Source: Chiloscyllium plagiosum
Taxonomy: Eukaryota
Length of the DNA: 64,000 nt
Direction of reading: 5' to 3'
NCBI RefSeq assembly: GCF_004010195.1
Contig: NC_057749.1
Coordinates: forward strand, 12,454,591-12,518,590
The position numbers and the translations under genes are program-made. Under the pieces are notes generated by a model. It did not search any database and had not been told where the DNA came from. It worked only from the letters and a program-made list of their open reading frames with translations. Below are positions 36,129 to 50,354 of this stretch, one piece after another. The stretch's first letter is position 1. Every line of letters begins with the position of its first letter.

Positions 36129-36449
36129 GAATGACTCCATTTAACCTGCCTGACCCACGTTTCTAGGCAGTGCATTTCAGATCATAAATTCTTGGTGTGT
36201 GCAAATATTTTTCTTGTTTGTATAAGTAAGCAGCACTATATGTATGAGTGTGACGGTACGTGGGTATACTCATGTGGGTCAAGGTATGCATGTGTTCTCG
36301 GCTGTGTGCGATTGCATGTCTGTCGTGAAGGAAGGATTCAGGAATGATAATCTGAGGACGCATACCACTTGTCCTCCCAAATGTTGGGAGGGATTGTAAT
36401 GAGAGTGAAAATGTCAAAAAGTGCTTAATGAAGGTTATCACCTTCAAGA

Positions 36450-36770
36450 TAGTATATATGTATGTATGGAACTGAGTGAGTGTGTCTACATATCTATGGG
36501 ACTGTGTTTTTCTGCTTATGTATGGGAGTGTGTATGTCTGTGTTCATATGGGAGGGAGAGGTGTGTATGTCTAGGTATGGGGCTGTGTATTCCTGCATAT
36601 GTTTAGGAATGTGTGTGTCTGTATGTATGGGAGTGAGGGGGAGAGGTGTGTGTATGTGTATGTAGGTATGGGACTGGAAGTGTGTCCCTGTATATATAGG
36701 TCTGGGACTATGTGTGTCTGGAAAGATATAGGAATGAGAGAGAGTATGTAGTATGTACACATGGACTGAC
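36450..36770. repeat. Degenerate GT-rich tandem repeat
   Basis: Recurring gtatggga...gtgtgtatgtctg. Confidence 0.65.
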
Positions 36771-39017
36771 AGGGATGTGTTTGCTGGTGTATCTGAATCC
36801 AAGGGTGACGTATACAACGGGGTGAGTAGAAATGAATAAAGGAGTTTCATTTTCAAACATCAGAAGCTTTTATGATGTCACTATACAGCTGAGAGATTGA
36901 CCCCTGGTATACTCAGCATTGCCAGCAATAGTTAAAACCCACTGTGGGCAAGAGACGACCAGGGCACAAAACAAGGTACTGTTTAACATTTTACTTTCTG
37001 TGTTCACCAATGATTGCTTTGTCCTACTGGAAAGTTTAGTTCTGTCACTGTTCAGCTGGTTTTTGTCTGTGCAGTCATTTTATATGTTAACCAAATCTGT
37101 TATTGATTAACTACCACACAAATGACTGCCAGCTTTCCTTTTATTCCAAAAACTTCAATGAGCTCCCAGCCTGCTCTGCAAGTGGGAGGCGAATAGGATT
37201 GAGTTCGCCGCTGTTTAGTTCCAGCCATTCCAGAGTTTATTATTACTTTACATCATGCAGTTATCCCGCGTTATTATGCTGCAGAAGTTGGTTGTCTGCT
37301 GCCCAGTGCACTCTTTATATTCTAGATGGGCCTTTCATAGCAAGAGCCTGTCAGACCAAAACATCGCTGGAGTTCAGCTCACCTCAGGGAAACCTGGGTT
37401 AGACAGCAGCCAAATCAGTCTGGACTTCCATCTCCGGAAAGGTAGATGTGTCATGGCAATTTTTATGGCACTTTCTGCAATATTCTCACTACCTCAGCTC
37501 TGATGTGATCTTCACATCTGCTGACACCTGTGGTTAAGATTTTGAACATTTTCCAAGGAGCAGATGTCTGTACTGATGTGGAACAGACTAACTGAGTGGG
37601 CTGTGTGTAGACACTGCAGGCAGATCCTTTAAACATTTTCAGGCATTAGGAACACTTCCGGGTTCTCAATCCATAAGGACAAGGTGTGCACTGACATGGG
37701 GAATCTTCCAGGAGGCATAGAGTTAAGATGCAACCTCTATATTTGCAGTCCAATTAAAGAAAGCCAGCCAGTTCCTGAGGCAGCAGAGCGGGTTCTCTTG
37801 GCTCACTCCAGGCCTGACTGCTGTGAGAGAACTGCTGCACACCAGATACTGGAATGGCAGAGACGCAGTGCTGCTGCTTGTAACATCTGTGGCACTTATG
37901 GAAGGTTCATTGCATGTGGCCATTGGCGACATCTACCTTTACAATTCTTCACTCATTGGCAAGGCAGTAGCGATATGGGAAAACATCAGTCTTGCGATTT
38001 GCTCCTGGTAAACTCTTCCACAACCCAAAATAACAGCTCCAGGCACCTGTTGTAAGGAGCATACTGTCAGCTTCCTTGGAGTGGACACAGAGGATTGCAA
38101 CACATTATGGAATCCATGTGCCACTCACAAGATTCCAGCAATGTCTAAAGATAATGATTAATTAGTCAGTTGAAAACCTGCTGCAACCAGGCAGGCAGCC
38201 ACTGCTGTAAAAATTCTATCTCCAGGAAGATCTCCTGGAGGCAGGAACATGTTAATGTGTGGAGTTCCAGGTTTCCTACCTGTGCTTTCTAAGCTGCCTC
38301 TATAGGGCTGGTATGATTCCACCCTACTTTTTTGCTCAATTACCAGTCCTTCCCCATCTTCAGAGTCAAATAAGTCAAAATAAAACTTACAAGTTGACAG
38401 CAGCCAGAACCCAGTGTCTATGTAAAGCTGGAAATTAGGCTCCAGTATAACCCAGCTGGCTGGGCCATCTGGGTTAAACAGAAGGACTTCTGTTATGTAT
38501 AACTAGTGAAACTCTGTGTTTCTCTGGATTTTATGGAGTTTTTATGTTTTACTGAACTTTCCCTTTCAGATGGATGTCAAACCCTCACTTCCTCTCCCCA
38601 CCCTGACTGGAAATTTCTGGGTGTTACTGAATCCTCCCTTCAGAGTCCAGTCCAACAGCAGTTTGCTGCCAAACTAGTTGGCGCCTGTGTTTACAGTGGA
38701 CCCTTAATGGATGGGGAATTAGATGAAGTGCTGAAATTAGTGAGATAAGGGGAAAAAATGAGAATGTAGATAAAGGAGTGATGAATGACATTTTATACTG
38801 TTTACTGGCCTGGAGGCCTTATTAAGAGATGTGAACAATAATTACCATTTTGCACAGTGGGATCTCTCTCTCTCTAATTCAGTCAACCAGTTTGCACCAA
38901 CCATTCCACTTTTTACATTAGTCCAAACCTAAACCATCAGAATTCATTGATCCCAGACTCACTGTTAGTAATATTCCAGACCAGTTAGCATTCACCAATA
39001 CCATGAAAATACCAAAA

Positions 39018-39372
39018 GGTCGGCACAGTGGTTAGCACTGCTGCCTCACAACACCAGGTACACTGGTTTGATTCAATCCTCGTGTGACTGTCTGTTTGGG
39101 AGTTTTCATGTTCACCCCGTGACTTTGTGTGTTATCTCCGTATGCTCTGGTTTCTTCCCAGTCCAAAGATGTGCAGTTAGGTGGATTGGCCATGGTAAAT
39201 TGTCCCATGGTGTCTAGCGATGTGCAGGCTATGTGGATTGGCCATGGGAAATGCAGGGTTACAGGGATAGGGTAGGGGAGTGGGCTTGGGTGAGATGATC
39301 TTTGGAGGGTCAGTGTGTACTTGATGACCCAAATGGCCTGCTTCTACACTGTTGGGATTCTATGATTCTATG
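39018..39372 (+). mobile_element. HE1-family SINE, older copy
   Basis: Same head and core as 35809; ctatgattctatg tail. Confidence 0.85.
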
Positions 39373-40320
39373 GAATAATGTTTACTTATAAAGACCTGCT
39401 GTGTTTTCTTCAGGTAAGTATTTTTCTTTTTACAATACCTGCTTCCAATGAAGGATTGAATTCTGCTCAAATCTGTTCTTTTAACATCCCTGTGACAATA
39501 CTGAAGAGTGTATGAGAAAAATCTTGACATTTTATTTCCTTTCCTTATAATTTTACCTTCCATACTACCTCGCAATCTTTCTTGTCCTGCTCCATTTATT
39601 GATTCTACTGTTAGTTATTGCTAGTCTTAATTTTCCCCTCTCGTTCCTCTTAAATTCCTGCATATTTTGCATCCTCCCTGTTTTAAAGTCTGGATCCATC
39701 ACACTATTGCTCACTTTCACTACCTTTGCCTTGACTCCCTTTAAAACGCACCAGCTCTCAGATTTGAATGAGATGCAGGAACAGACAAGGAGAGACTCTG
39801 TCAAACATGCATAGTGAGTTCAGTGTTCTTACTGAAAGTTTGCAGAAGATATAGATTGGTGATCTGGCAAGTAACAGCAAAATGACGAGGAATCTTCTGA
39901 TTCTTCCACATCGAAATTTGTATTCTGAATGGAGACTGAAAAAAGCTTTAATGAATTCAGTGTTGAAATATAGAATAGCTACATAGCTACATGCATATGT
40001 GCACATGTATCGTACACATTAATGAGGAGAATTTGAGGGAGGAGCATAATTAGCATGATTTTCTGTGTGAGCTAAACAATGTGTCAGTATGTGTACTGAA
40101 CAATGTCTGTGTTTGTGTGCATGTTTGCTGACCAGAGGGTTGTGTAAACTGAGTAGTCTGTGTGCTGAATGGAGTGTTTGAGTGTGTACAGAGTGGGGTC
40201 TGTGTAAACTGACCAGTGTATGTGCATACACTGGGTGGTCCGTGTATATGTTTGAATGGGTCTATGTGTGCTCAGCAGGATGTGTGTGCGTGTGCGCTGA
40301 CTGGAGAGTGTGTATGTCTA

Positions 40321-40515
40321 ATTCAGCAGGTCTGGCAACATTTGTAAAGAGAGAAACAGAGTGAACATTTTGAGTATAGTATGACTTTTTTAGAGTCTGA
40401 AGAAGAGTCAAACTTAACTCAACACATTAACTCTGTTTCTCTCTTCACAAATGCTGCCAGACCCTCCAGCATTCTCTTTGTTTCAGATTTCCAGCATCCA
40501 CAGTATTTTGCCTTT
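40321..40515. mobile_element. Older fold-back Penelope-like short element
   Basis: Inverted arms cagcaggtctggca..gagagaaacagag / ctctgtttctctc..tgctgccagac around a degenerate CTGAAGA core. Confidence 0.7.
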
Positions 40516-43229
40516 ATTCAAAGGTGTGCACACGCTGAGCAGCTGGTGTGTTGGCTGAGGCGTATGTGTCCGGGTGGGGGTTCTGAGTTGTGTTTAAGTG
40601 TGGGTGTGTGATAGTGAGTGTTAACATTGTTTCCTTCTCTACTTTTGAGTTTTGTTTACTTTGCCATCTTGTGCTGTACAATGTGACCACACTTCCCAAG
40701 TGTGCTTTGTCTGCACACCCAACTTGATCTCCACATTTTTAATTGAAAACAGTTCACTGTGCAATGATCCTAACTGTTCTTGGGATTATTTTTCAGCACT
40801 TAATATCGATGCATCTGTCCAGTCATTAAACTCTCTTGCTCTCTGAATGGCATCAGAAAATATGTTTCAACTGGTGTGACATCAATATGGGATTAAGCTT
40901 GACTGGTAAACCTCTTGCAGTTTTTACGAATGGCTGTAGTTCTGCAAATGAGAGCCACCTAGTAACAGAAGGCGGGTATTCAGTCCATTAGGCCCATGTT
41001 AACTCTGTGTGGAGCAATCCAGTCAGTCCTGCTGCCTCATCCTATCCCTGTGGCCCTGCACGTTCATTTCCTGCTAGTGTCCATCTAATTCCCTTTGAAT
41101 TAATTGATTGTCTTTACTTAGATCATCCTGGTAAGAAGAAAACTCTGGGTAATTATCCCTCGCTGCCCGCTGCACCTCACCAAAAAAATCTAAATCTGTA
41201 TTTCCCAGCAACTGTCCATCTCAGTGAAATAATGCTACAGACTGCACGGATGAATTTCTCTTGTTTGGCAAACTCTCACCTATGTGCTTGCGTTGGTGTG
41301 ACTTTGTTTTAAATTTTGGAATGCGCTGCTTGAAAGAGTGGTGGGAGCAGATTTAACAGGAACATTCCCAAGGGAATTGGATCAGTACCTGAAAAGGAAA
41401 GGTTTTCTGGGCATGAGGAAAGTGGCACTAATGGAAAAAGATTTCAAAGAGCCAGCACAGTCACAATAGGTTGAATAGCCTCCTCCTGTGCTGCATCATT
41501 CTGTTGGCATCAGCAACAAGGAGAGAGATCCTTTCAGTCTCCTTATCGTCAGTAAAGCTGATGTTCTTTTCAAACTAAGAATCAAAAGAATTGAAGAAAG
41601 TGTATCATTTTCTTCAACAATGAAAAGCTCTTTGAACAAATGTACTTCCCTTACACATGCTTCCCCCTTTAAGGTGCAAGCTGATTTTAGTATAGTGAAG
41701 GGAGAAGAGGTGATAGTCTAATAGAAGATTTAAAGCCTGCTGAGGTTTTGTGTAGCCTGTACTTTGATGCCCTATCTCTAATTGACACATTTTTCAGCTT
41801 CCTTGAATTGGAACAGTTTCTTTGACACTGGTGTTGCTATGGAGATGTTCTCTTTTGTCAGTCAGTATGAAGATTGCACCGAACTGTTTCTTAAAGGGGA
41901 AAAAGTTAAATTGTTTTACTTTAAAGCAGCAGAATAACTATGACCCAACGATTCTGTCAGTGCTCTCCCAAGTTTGGTGCTAATTGAGATATTTAAAATG
42001 CCAGAAGGATTTGATCATGGTAATACCAAATAGCTATTTCCTGTGATGGGGAGTTGAGAACAATGGCAGGAATCAGGGAAGCATTCTTCCCAGTTTGCTC
42101 ATTTCTCTAGCTCTCAGTCCACAGTTTGTACACACCAGTGCCCATGCCACATTTTCTGTATGCCCACATCTCAGGACTGCTCCAGCTGATCTCTCGCCTC
42201 ACTGCTGTAGCTGTGAACAATCTTCTCCATCATCTTGGAGTTTTTCAGTAATAAGAAAAAATGGTGAATGCGGGAAATGTAAAATAAAAGCAAAAAATGC
42301 TGGAAGTATTGTGATATTTCACTTTCATATTTGTGTTTATGTCATTGTCAATTGTTTTCTGGGAATACCCCTTATGAAGAAATTCTCTTCTTAGCTGTTT
42401 TACTTTTATCCTGGTCTCATACTGATCCCCAACTCCTCCACAATCCGTAGTATTCCTCAATCATAGATTTTTAAAACACTGCTGGACTTGGACACAGTGA
42501 CTCATTCTGGTCAGACCCCCAGCACTGTTAAATTATTTTCCCCAATAAGACTTAATGTTAGTGCTTTTTTTTACTTAAAGCTGCTGACTGGATTTTTGAG
42601 TATATAGCTTCATGTTCTTTTAAGTTCATCCAGTCAAACTGCTTCCCCATCAGTGATATGCCTGTGACATCCCCCCCACCCCCTGCCTCACTCCACTTCT
42701 TTCCTACTACTTCACCTTTACTTAACTGATACTGTGCTCTGGAAATTAGTCAAATTCACCTTAAATACAGAAACTCATTATTCTTTTGCTGTCCTTCACG
42801 GCTCAGGTTAAGACAGTATGGAGCTCCTTGCAACCACTGGCACACACTATTGAAATGGTACTAACATAAAAAGCTGAAATTGTTGAATCATACTATACAG
42901 AAAGTGGCTATTTAGCCTGTTGTGTCTGGGTTGACTCTGTAAAGAGCTATCTAGTTAGTTCCCCATTGCCCCGAAAATTTTTCCTTTTCAGTGATTTTAT
43001 GCCATTTGCTTTTGAAAGTTACTATTAAAACTGCTTCCACCATCCTTTCAAGCAGCATAGCTTGCTGTGTAAAAAATGTTCTCTGCATCTCAGTATGGTT
43101 CTTTTCCAAACTTCTCTTTCCTTCATTCTCTGTCCTCTAGTGACAGACCCAACTGTCAGTGCAAATAATGCAATCCTTAATTACTGGTTTTGGGGAACCT
43201 GACTTCGGGAGAAGATGTGATGAATACAC

Positions 43230-44030
43230 TGCTGTGTTGGAGGAAAGCAATTTTATTGCACCTTAACCACAGAAAGCAAATTGTACTAAGGAGTATCCCT
43301 GACTACAGTATAGAAGGCACATGGTGAGACCACATGTATGATTCTGTCCGTCAGTTGCCAAGTGGAAGCTTTGTACTTCTCCCAAAGGGAAAGGGATGAA
43401 CATCTGTGACTTCCACACATCGGGCTGTGAGAACTAGGATAACACTGCCTGCTGACAATGCCATTCCGACAGTTTCATCCATGTAGGAAGGGATGAAAAA
43501 GTGAGGTAACAGCAGTGAATATAAATGTGCTGGAGATCGTTGAGAGAAGGTTTATTAGGTGAATAACTGATTGGGAGGGTTGTCTGATAAGGAACAGTTG
43601 GGCGGGCTAGGCTTGTATCCACTAGAGTTTAGAAGAGTAGTTGATGACTTAATTGAAACATACGTAAGATCTGAGCGCTCTTGAGATGATGGGTGAGAAG
43701 AGGATGCTTCCTTGTGTGAGTGAATCTGAACTAAGGGTCATTGTTTAAAAATCAGGGTTGCCCATTTAAAACAAAGGCGAGGCAGTTTTTTTTCTGCGGG
43801 TTGTGAGTCTTCGAAACACAATCTTACACAGTGGAAGCAAAGTCCTTGTGTATTTTAAGTTAGAGGTGGCTACTTTTCTTGTTCAGTAAGAGAATGAAAT
43901 GTTGTCACGAGTAGTTGCAAATGCACACTTGAGGTGGCGATCAGATCTGCCATGATCTTATTGAATAGCAGAGTCGGCTTAAGGGGCTGAGTGGCCTTCT
44001 CCTGCTCCTAATGTATATGTTTACATGTTT
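43230..44030 (+). mobile_element. Old CR1 3' portion
   Basis: Degenerate LVRPHL, RGDLIE and 3' UTR motifs. Confidence 0.65.
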
Positions 44031-44398
44031 CTCACCGAACAGTACAAGGTGCTGTCAGAAGCAATAACACAGAGTGCGACAGGTGGAAACAGCTGCTGGA
44101 ACTTGATGGATATCACTGGGAAGAGTCAACATAGTTCATGTTTGAGCTGAGAGGTTTGTTTGACTTTATTTTCAGACATTGGAGCTGAAAAGATGGATAA
44201 GCAGAGTAGCAGTGTCTGTAATGTTGACCCACTGACTCAGTGAACAGTGACTGAACATTGCCAGATTGTATCCTCCCTCTGTGGCTGTTTGTCACACTCT
44301 ATTCAACCTACATCGGAGCATGCACTCAGTCTCCAGATTTTGTATAAGTTCTGTATTCGCTTTTGTAGAATTTTGAATCATCTGTCTTCCTTTCCTGA

Positions 44399-44585
44399 TC
44401 AAATTGCTGGAAAAATTCAGCAGGTCTGGCAGCATCAGTGCAGAGAAATCCAGTGACCCTTTGTCAGAACCACTCGACCTGAAGTGTTAACTTCTTTTTT
44501 TCTCTCCACAGATGCTGCCAGATCTGAGCTTTTCCAGCAATTTCTATTTTTGACTGATTTACAGTATCAGTTCTTGCAGCTTTTA
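44399..44585. mobile_element. Older fold-back Penelope-like short element
   Basis: aaattgctggaaaaattcagcaggtctggcagcatc ... gatgctgccaga..tttccagcaattt inverted arms. Confidence 0.7.
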
Positions 44586-47500
44586 TTTGGCAATACAATG
44601 CAACTTGTTTTTTGCAACAAAGATTTTTCTAATTTCAGAATTTTGATTTGCAGACTAGTCACTGGTTGTAGCTAACAGAGTTCAACATTGCTTTGAAATT
44701 CTGTAAATTTTAATTCGAGGGGTTTGGCTGGATTCCAAGTCTATCGAGTGGCCTTCCTACTGTGGAGTCAAACAGGACATTCTAAACATCTGTTGGTCTG
44801 ACTGTACTTGAATTAAGACTTGGGTGGTCTCAGAACTCCAATTCCATACTTTTTCTGTGCAGGTACAAAATCTCTGATGCAGAATGTCTCCTTGCTATCA
44901 GTTGGAGTGGATTGCAGACTACAGTAATTTTGGTTCCATTCCGGATGATAATGAGAGCTGCATTGCTGGAACACACTCGTCAACCTGGATCTCACTTGTG
45001 AATCTTAGCAGACTGCTTCCTCCTGGTTTAGGATTTACAATGAGGCCCATAAATGTTGCTCATTTTGAGCTCCAAAATCTAATTTTGCATTTAACCAGTT
45101 TTATCTGTTTATTTTCTCCTGCCTCCTGTCCCTTTAATAATGTGTCTTTTTCATTCTGACACTGATACGTAATGAACATTGGAGACACAAAATGTAGAAA
45201 CCACACAGAGCAACAATCGATTGTCAGGCAACAAGCTGCTGACTGTGTTTGTGGATGTTCTGTTGACAATAGCACACTGACACTAAAATAGCCAAGGAAA
45301 ACAGGTGAGCCCACTGAAGAGATTCCTAGGCAATTGAGACCGATTAATAGTGCACGGGTTGCAGGATTCCTAGATGACAGGAACAGTCTGTGAAAATAGA
45401 TTTGGGATTGACTGGGATTGCCCAGGTAGAGAAGTTTGAAGATCCAACTCGAGTCCCAAGAACTAAATTGCTTTCTGGTGTATAGGGTGGAGAGTGGGAG
45501 TGGGGCAGAGACCTACATCAGTAATGGATGTAGTCACTGTAGGAGTTTCAGTAGCCAATTGTTTAGGTACTTAAAAAAGACTTGAAGGTTTTTGTGGCAC
45601 AGTAGTAGTGTCCCTGCATTTGAGCCATGAGGCCAGGATTCAAGTCTCACCTGCTCCAGAGGTGTGGAATAATATTGGAAATATTTAAAACAAGCAAGAC
45701 GTGAATAGAAAAAAGACTTGATGAAGTATGTGTTTGTATGTGGGGAAGACGTTGGTGCGTTTATGATTGTGTGTAATATATATAGATAGAGATATACCTG
45801 TAAAGGTGTGTGCACAAATTTGGTAGGGACTTTCCTGAATTTCTCTAAGCCATCAGTTTGGAGAGGAGGGGATTTACCTCAATTCATTCACTCACTCAGA
45901 ACAGAAATGTCTCTTTGCTCTTCACTGACAAACTGATCACCTCACACATTTGCTATTTTTTTTCCTATCAAAGTCTGTAGCTGCTATTTGGCTACTGAAA
46001 CTGTGGGTGCTAGCTGTTATTTTTGTTCAAAGCATGTGCCAGTTTTACTGAGAAAGATATTCTAACTGTGCTGACATAAATCTTTCTTGACTTTTGAAAG
46101 AACCACAGTTTCCTGATTGCCAGGAGTATATGGATTAGGCCTGGTCCTAATAAAACTAGTCTATGATATCATTGATGAGGGCGGTCTTATGTATTTGAGC
46201 ATCCCGGGGCCCTGAGTTATTACTCAGGCTGTTAGGATGTTGACCTTGAACTTTGTAGCCAATGGGTCTATTAGGCTCCAGAATCTTATTAATGATGTCA
46301 TGTTATTATGTTTCCTGTGGTTGGGGAGACTAGAACCATGGTGCATAATTTAAAAGTAAGGAGGAGCCACTTAAGTCTGCAATGAGGGACTTTTTTTAAC
46401 TCAGAAGGTTGTAATCTTTGGAATTTACAGATGGCTGTAGAAGCTCAGTTTTGAGTTGGTTGATGGATTTCTGATTGCCAGTGACATACGGGGTTATGGA
46501 ATGGGTTAAAAGGCATTGAAGTGTTTAATCAGCCATGATTGTATTGAATGGCAGGGCAGGCTCAAATGGCCTCCTCCTGTGCCTTTCCTCTTAGGTCATG
46601 GAATGGAAACACATCTCACTGTTTCCATTTACTCTGCACATTGGTATTTGGAAAAAATAAGAGATTCTTCTTCCTCTTCAAATTTAAATTTGAATAAAAA
46701 TTTCCTCCTCAGCTTTCCCCCTACCCCTGTTAGTTTCATCATCAGTTCAGTGTTTGTCTGTTCTTTCTTACAGCTGGTAATGATGCGAGCACTGGTGCTT
46801 TGTGTGTTGAAAGCTGGATCACAGCTGGAATTGATCAGCATTCTCCCTGGCTTGCATCCTCTCCCTCTCGTTTGCTTTTTTAAAATTCATTTATGGGATG
46901 TAGCTGAATAAAAATAGAAAAAAATTGATGTGCTGAATTGCTGGTGTTTGTCATGTCATTATTTACTGTGAAGAGAATGAGTAATCAGAGTTATAAGCTT
47001 CCCACAACTCTTGTGTTGCCATAGGTCCTACATAGTATGAGAAGATAAAGCTCCTGCTTCTATTTCTAGTTGCTACTGAGTTTCACTGATGTGACCTGGC
47101 TGGGTTTAAACTGGAAAGCAACTAGCGCAGTTCCTACTCTGATCACTGCCCCTGCTGGAAAGAAAGTGGTCTGACGGAGAAAGGGTGGAATTAGCTGTGT
47201 TGCCATCTTTGATGATGCAGGATGATACTGGGATGCTGGTCACCATGGAAATGTAACACAGCAGCATCAGGAGAACAAGAGGCAGGAAATAAATCAGTGA
47301 AAGAAATATTCTGTTCATTTGCAGTTAAGAGTTAACCACATTTCTGTGGGACTAGAGTCACATTTAGGCCAGACCAGGTAAGGACACCTGTTTCCTTCCC
47401 AAAAAGACATTAGTGAACTAGGTGGGGTTTTCTCACAATCAACAATGGATTCGTGGTCATTATGGTCATTAGAGTCTTAATCCCAGATTTTTATTGAATT

Positions 47501-47689
47501 TAAATTCCACCATCTGCTATGGCATAATTTGAACCTGAGTCCCCAGAACCTTACCTGGTCCCCTAGGTTAACAGGCCAGTGATTATACCACTAGACCATA
47601 GCCTCTGCCAGAAAGCGTGCAGAAAATGAATGAGTTGGTATGCAAATGTGCAGAATTGAGAGCTTTGATAGAAGCTGGAATCAGATGTA

Positions 47690-50295
47690 ATTGTATTACA
47701 GTTGAGAAAATGTAACCACAAAGACATGAGGGAGGAACTGGCCAGAGTTGATTGGAAGGCGAGCTGAGCAGGGAAGATGGTGGTGGGGTAATTCAAGAGA
47801 CACAGCAGAAATTCAGCCTAAGGAAGAAGAAACATACTATGGAGAGGGCAAAGCAACCATGGCTGACAAGGGAAGTCAGGGACAGTATAAAAACAAAAGG
47901 AAAATCATACAAAGTAGTCAAGATTAGTGGGAAGCCAGAGGATTGGTAAGCGAACAGAACCACAACAACGAGCAACCGAGCTACAAATCTTTTCACAAAC
48001 TTTGATTGGTAAGCCTTTAAAAGCCAGCAGGAGGGAAGGGCGGGTGGGAAGTAGATGGAATCTGGGTAAGCTAGTTAGTAATTTAAAAGAAGATGGCAAG
48101 AGTTTTTTTGGATATATAAAAGATAAGAGAGCAAAAGTAGACATTGGACTGCTGGAAAATGAGGCTGGAGAAGTAGTAATGGAGAACAAAGAAATGGCAA
48201 AGAAACTGAATAGGTACTTTGCATCAGTCTTCATGGTGGAAGAGACCTGCAGCATACCATTCAAGAGAGTCAGTGGCTGAGTGTAGAGGCCATTACTGAG
48301 GAAAAGGTGCTGGGGAAGCTGAAGGGTCTGGTGATAAATCACCCAGGCTGAATGGACTGCTCCCCAGACTTCTGAAGGAGATTAGCTGAGGAGATTGCAG
48401 AGGCATTCAGCAATCACTGGAGTCAGGGAGGGTCTCAGAGGACTGGATAATGTAACATCCCTCTGTAAGAAGAAGGGAGGCAGAACATTGGAAATTCTAG
48501 GCCGGTTAGCCTGACCCTGGTTGTCGGGAAGATTTTGAAGTCCATTATTAAGGATGAGATTGCAGGGTACTTGGAAGAACAGTATGTAGTAAAATAGCAT
48601 GGCTTTGTCAAGGGGAGGTCATGCCTGACGAATCTCTTAGAATTCTTTGAAGTAATGAGCAAGTTAGATAGAGGATAATTTACGGTTAGTTCTGCTATAA
48701 TGCGGTAGTTCTGTTCTTGTGCAACTCCATGCTATAAGAAAATGGTGCAATAGCAGCACCATTTAAACTAATGGGGCCAAAATCGCATTATAACCAATAT
48801 ATGCTTCAAATGTTAGTGCTTTAGAAACAGTGTCTCCAGTTTGTCAATCACATTACAGTGAATTCACATCAAAGAAACGCGTATTAAGGCAGAACGACCT
48901 GTATTTGGATTCCAGAAGGCCTTTGACAAGGTGCTGCATGGAAGTTGCTAAACAAGATAAGAGCCCATGATGTTAGAGGCAAGCTACTGGCATGGATAGA
49001 GGATTGGCTGACTAGCGGAAGGCAGAGAGTGGGGATAAAAGGGTCTTTTCAGGATGGCAACCGGTAACTAGTGGAGTTTTACAGGGGTCTGTAACTATTC
49101 ACGTTATACATTAACAATCTGGACAAAGGAGCTGAAGGCATTGTTGCTAAGTTTGCGGATGACACAAAGATAGGTGGAGGGAGAGGTAGTGTTGAGGAGA
49201 CAGGGAGGTTACTGAAGGACTTAGAGAAGCTAGGTGATTGGGCAAAGAAATGGCAGATAGAATACAGTGTGGGAAAGAGTGAGGTTATACAGTTTGGTAG
49301 GAAGAAGAGAGGTACGGTTGCTGGCAGGTGGGACTAGATAGGGTTGGGATATCTGGTCGGCATGGACGGGTTGAACCGAGGTGTCTGTTTCCATGCTGTA
49401 CATCTCTATGACTCTATAAACCATTTTCTAAATGGGGAAAGGCTTTGGAAACCTGAAGCAAAAAAGCATTTAGAAGTGCTAGTTCAGGATCTTTAATGTT
49501 AACTTTAAGAGGAAGGGTTTAGAGGGATATGGGCCAAATGCTGGCAAATGGGTCCTGACTTATTTAGGATACCTGGTTGGTATGGATGAGCTTGGATTGA
49601 AGGGTCTGTTTTGTGCAGTATATCTCAAATTTACAGGTTCTGTTGACAGTTGGGCAATTGCAGTGATAGCATTCATTTCTCGAGGGATAGAATAAAAGAA
49701 CAGGGATGTACTATTGAGCCTGTATAAGGCTCTGGTGAGACCACATTTGGAATGTTGAGAGCAATTTTGGCCCCATATCTAAGGAAGGATGTGCTGCCAT
49801 TGGAAGGGGTTCAGAAGAGGTTCACAAGAATGATGTCAAGAGTGAAGGGCTTGTCATAGAGCAGCGGTTGAAGACTCTGGTTCTGTCCTCAATGGAGTTT
49901 AGAAAGGTGAGGGGGGAGCCTGACTGTAACTTACAGAATACCGTGGTGATGCCTAGATAGAGTGGATGTGGGGAAGATGTTTCCACTCTTCGGAGAGACT
50001 AGGCCCCGAGGGCACAGCCTCAGAGTGAAGAGATGATCCTTTAGAACTGAGATGAGGAGGAATTTCTTCAGCCAGAGGGTGGTGAATCTGTGGAACTAAT
50101 TGCCACAGTATGCTGTGAAGGTTAAGTCACTGAGTGCCTTAAAGACTGAGACCGGTTCTTGATTGGTAAAGGGATCAAGGGTTACAAGGCAAAGGCTGGA
50201 GAATGGGTTTGAGAAACATATCAGCTGTGTTTGAGTGGTGGAGCAGACTTAATAGGCCAAATGGTCTCCTTCTGCTCCTATATCTTATGGTCTTA
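47690..50295 (+). mobile_element. CR1 LINE ~2.6 kb with three nested insertions
   Basis: Degenerate QHGF.KGRSCLTNLLEFF, YLDFQKAFDKV, KFADDTK, LVRPHLE; 3' tail tcttatggtctta. Confidence 0.88.
48683..48901. mobile_element. 219-bp Tc1/mariner/pogo-type MITE
   Basis: Imperfect ~23-bp TIRs (cggttagttctgctataatgcg / cgcgtattaaggcagaacgacctg) flanked by TA on both sides; it interrupts the CR1 RT. Confidence 0.78.
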
Positions 50296-50354
50296 AGGAT
50301 ATCCTTCTATATGGAGTGTGTTCCAAATCCCACTATTAAATGTAACTAAATAAT

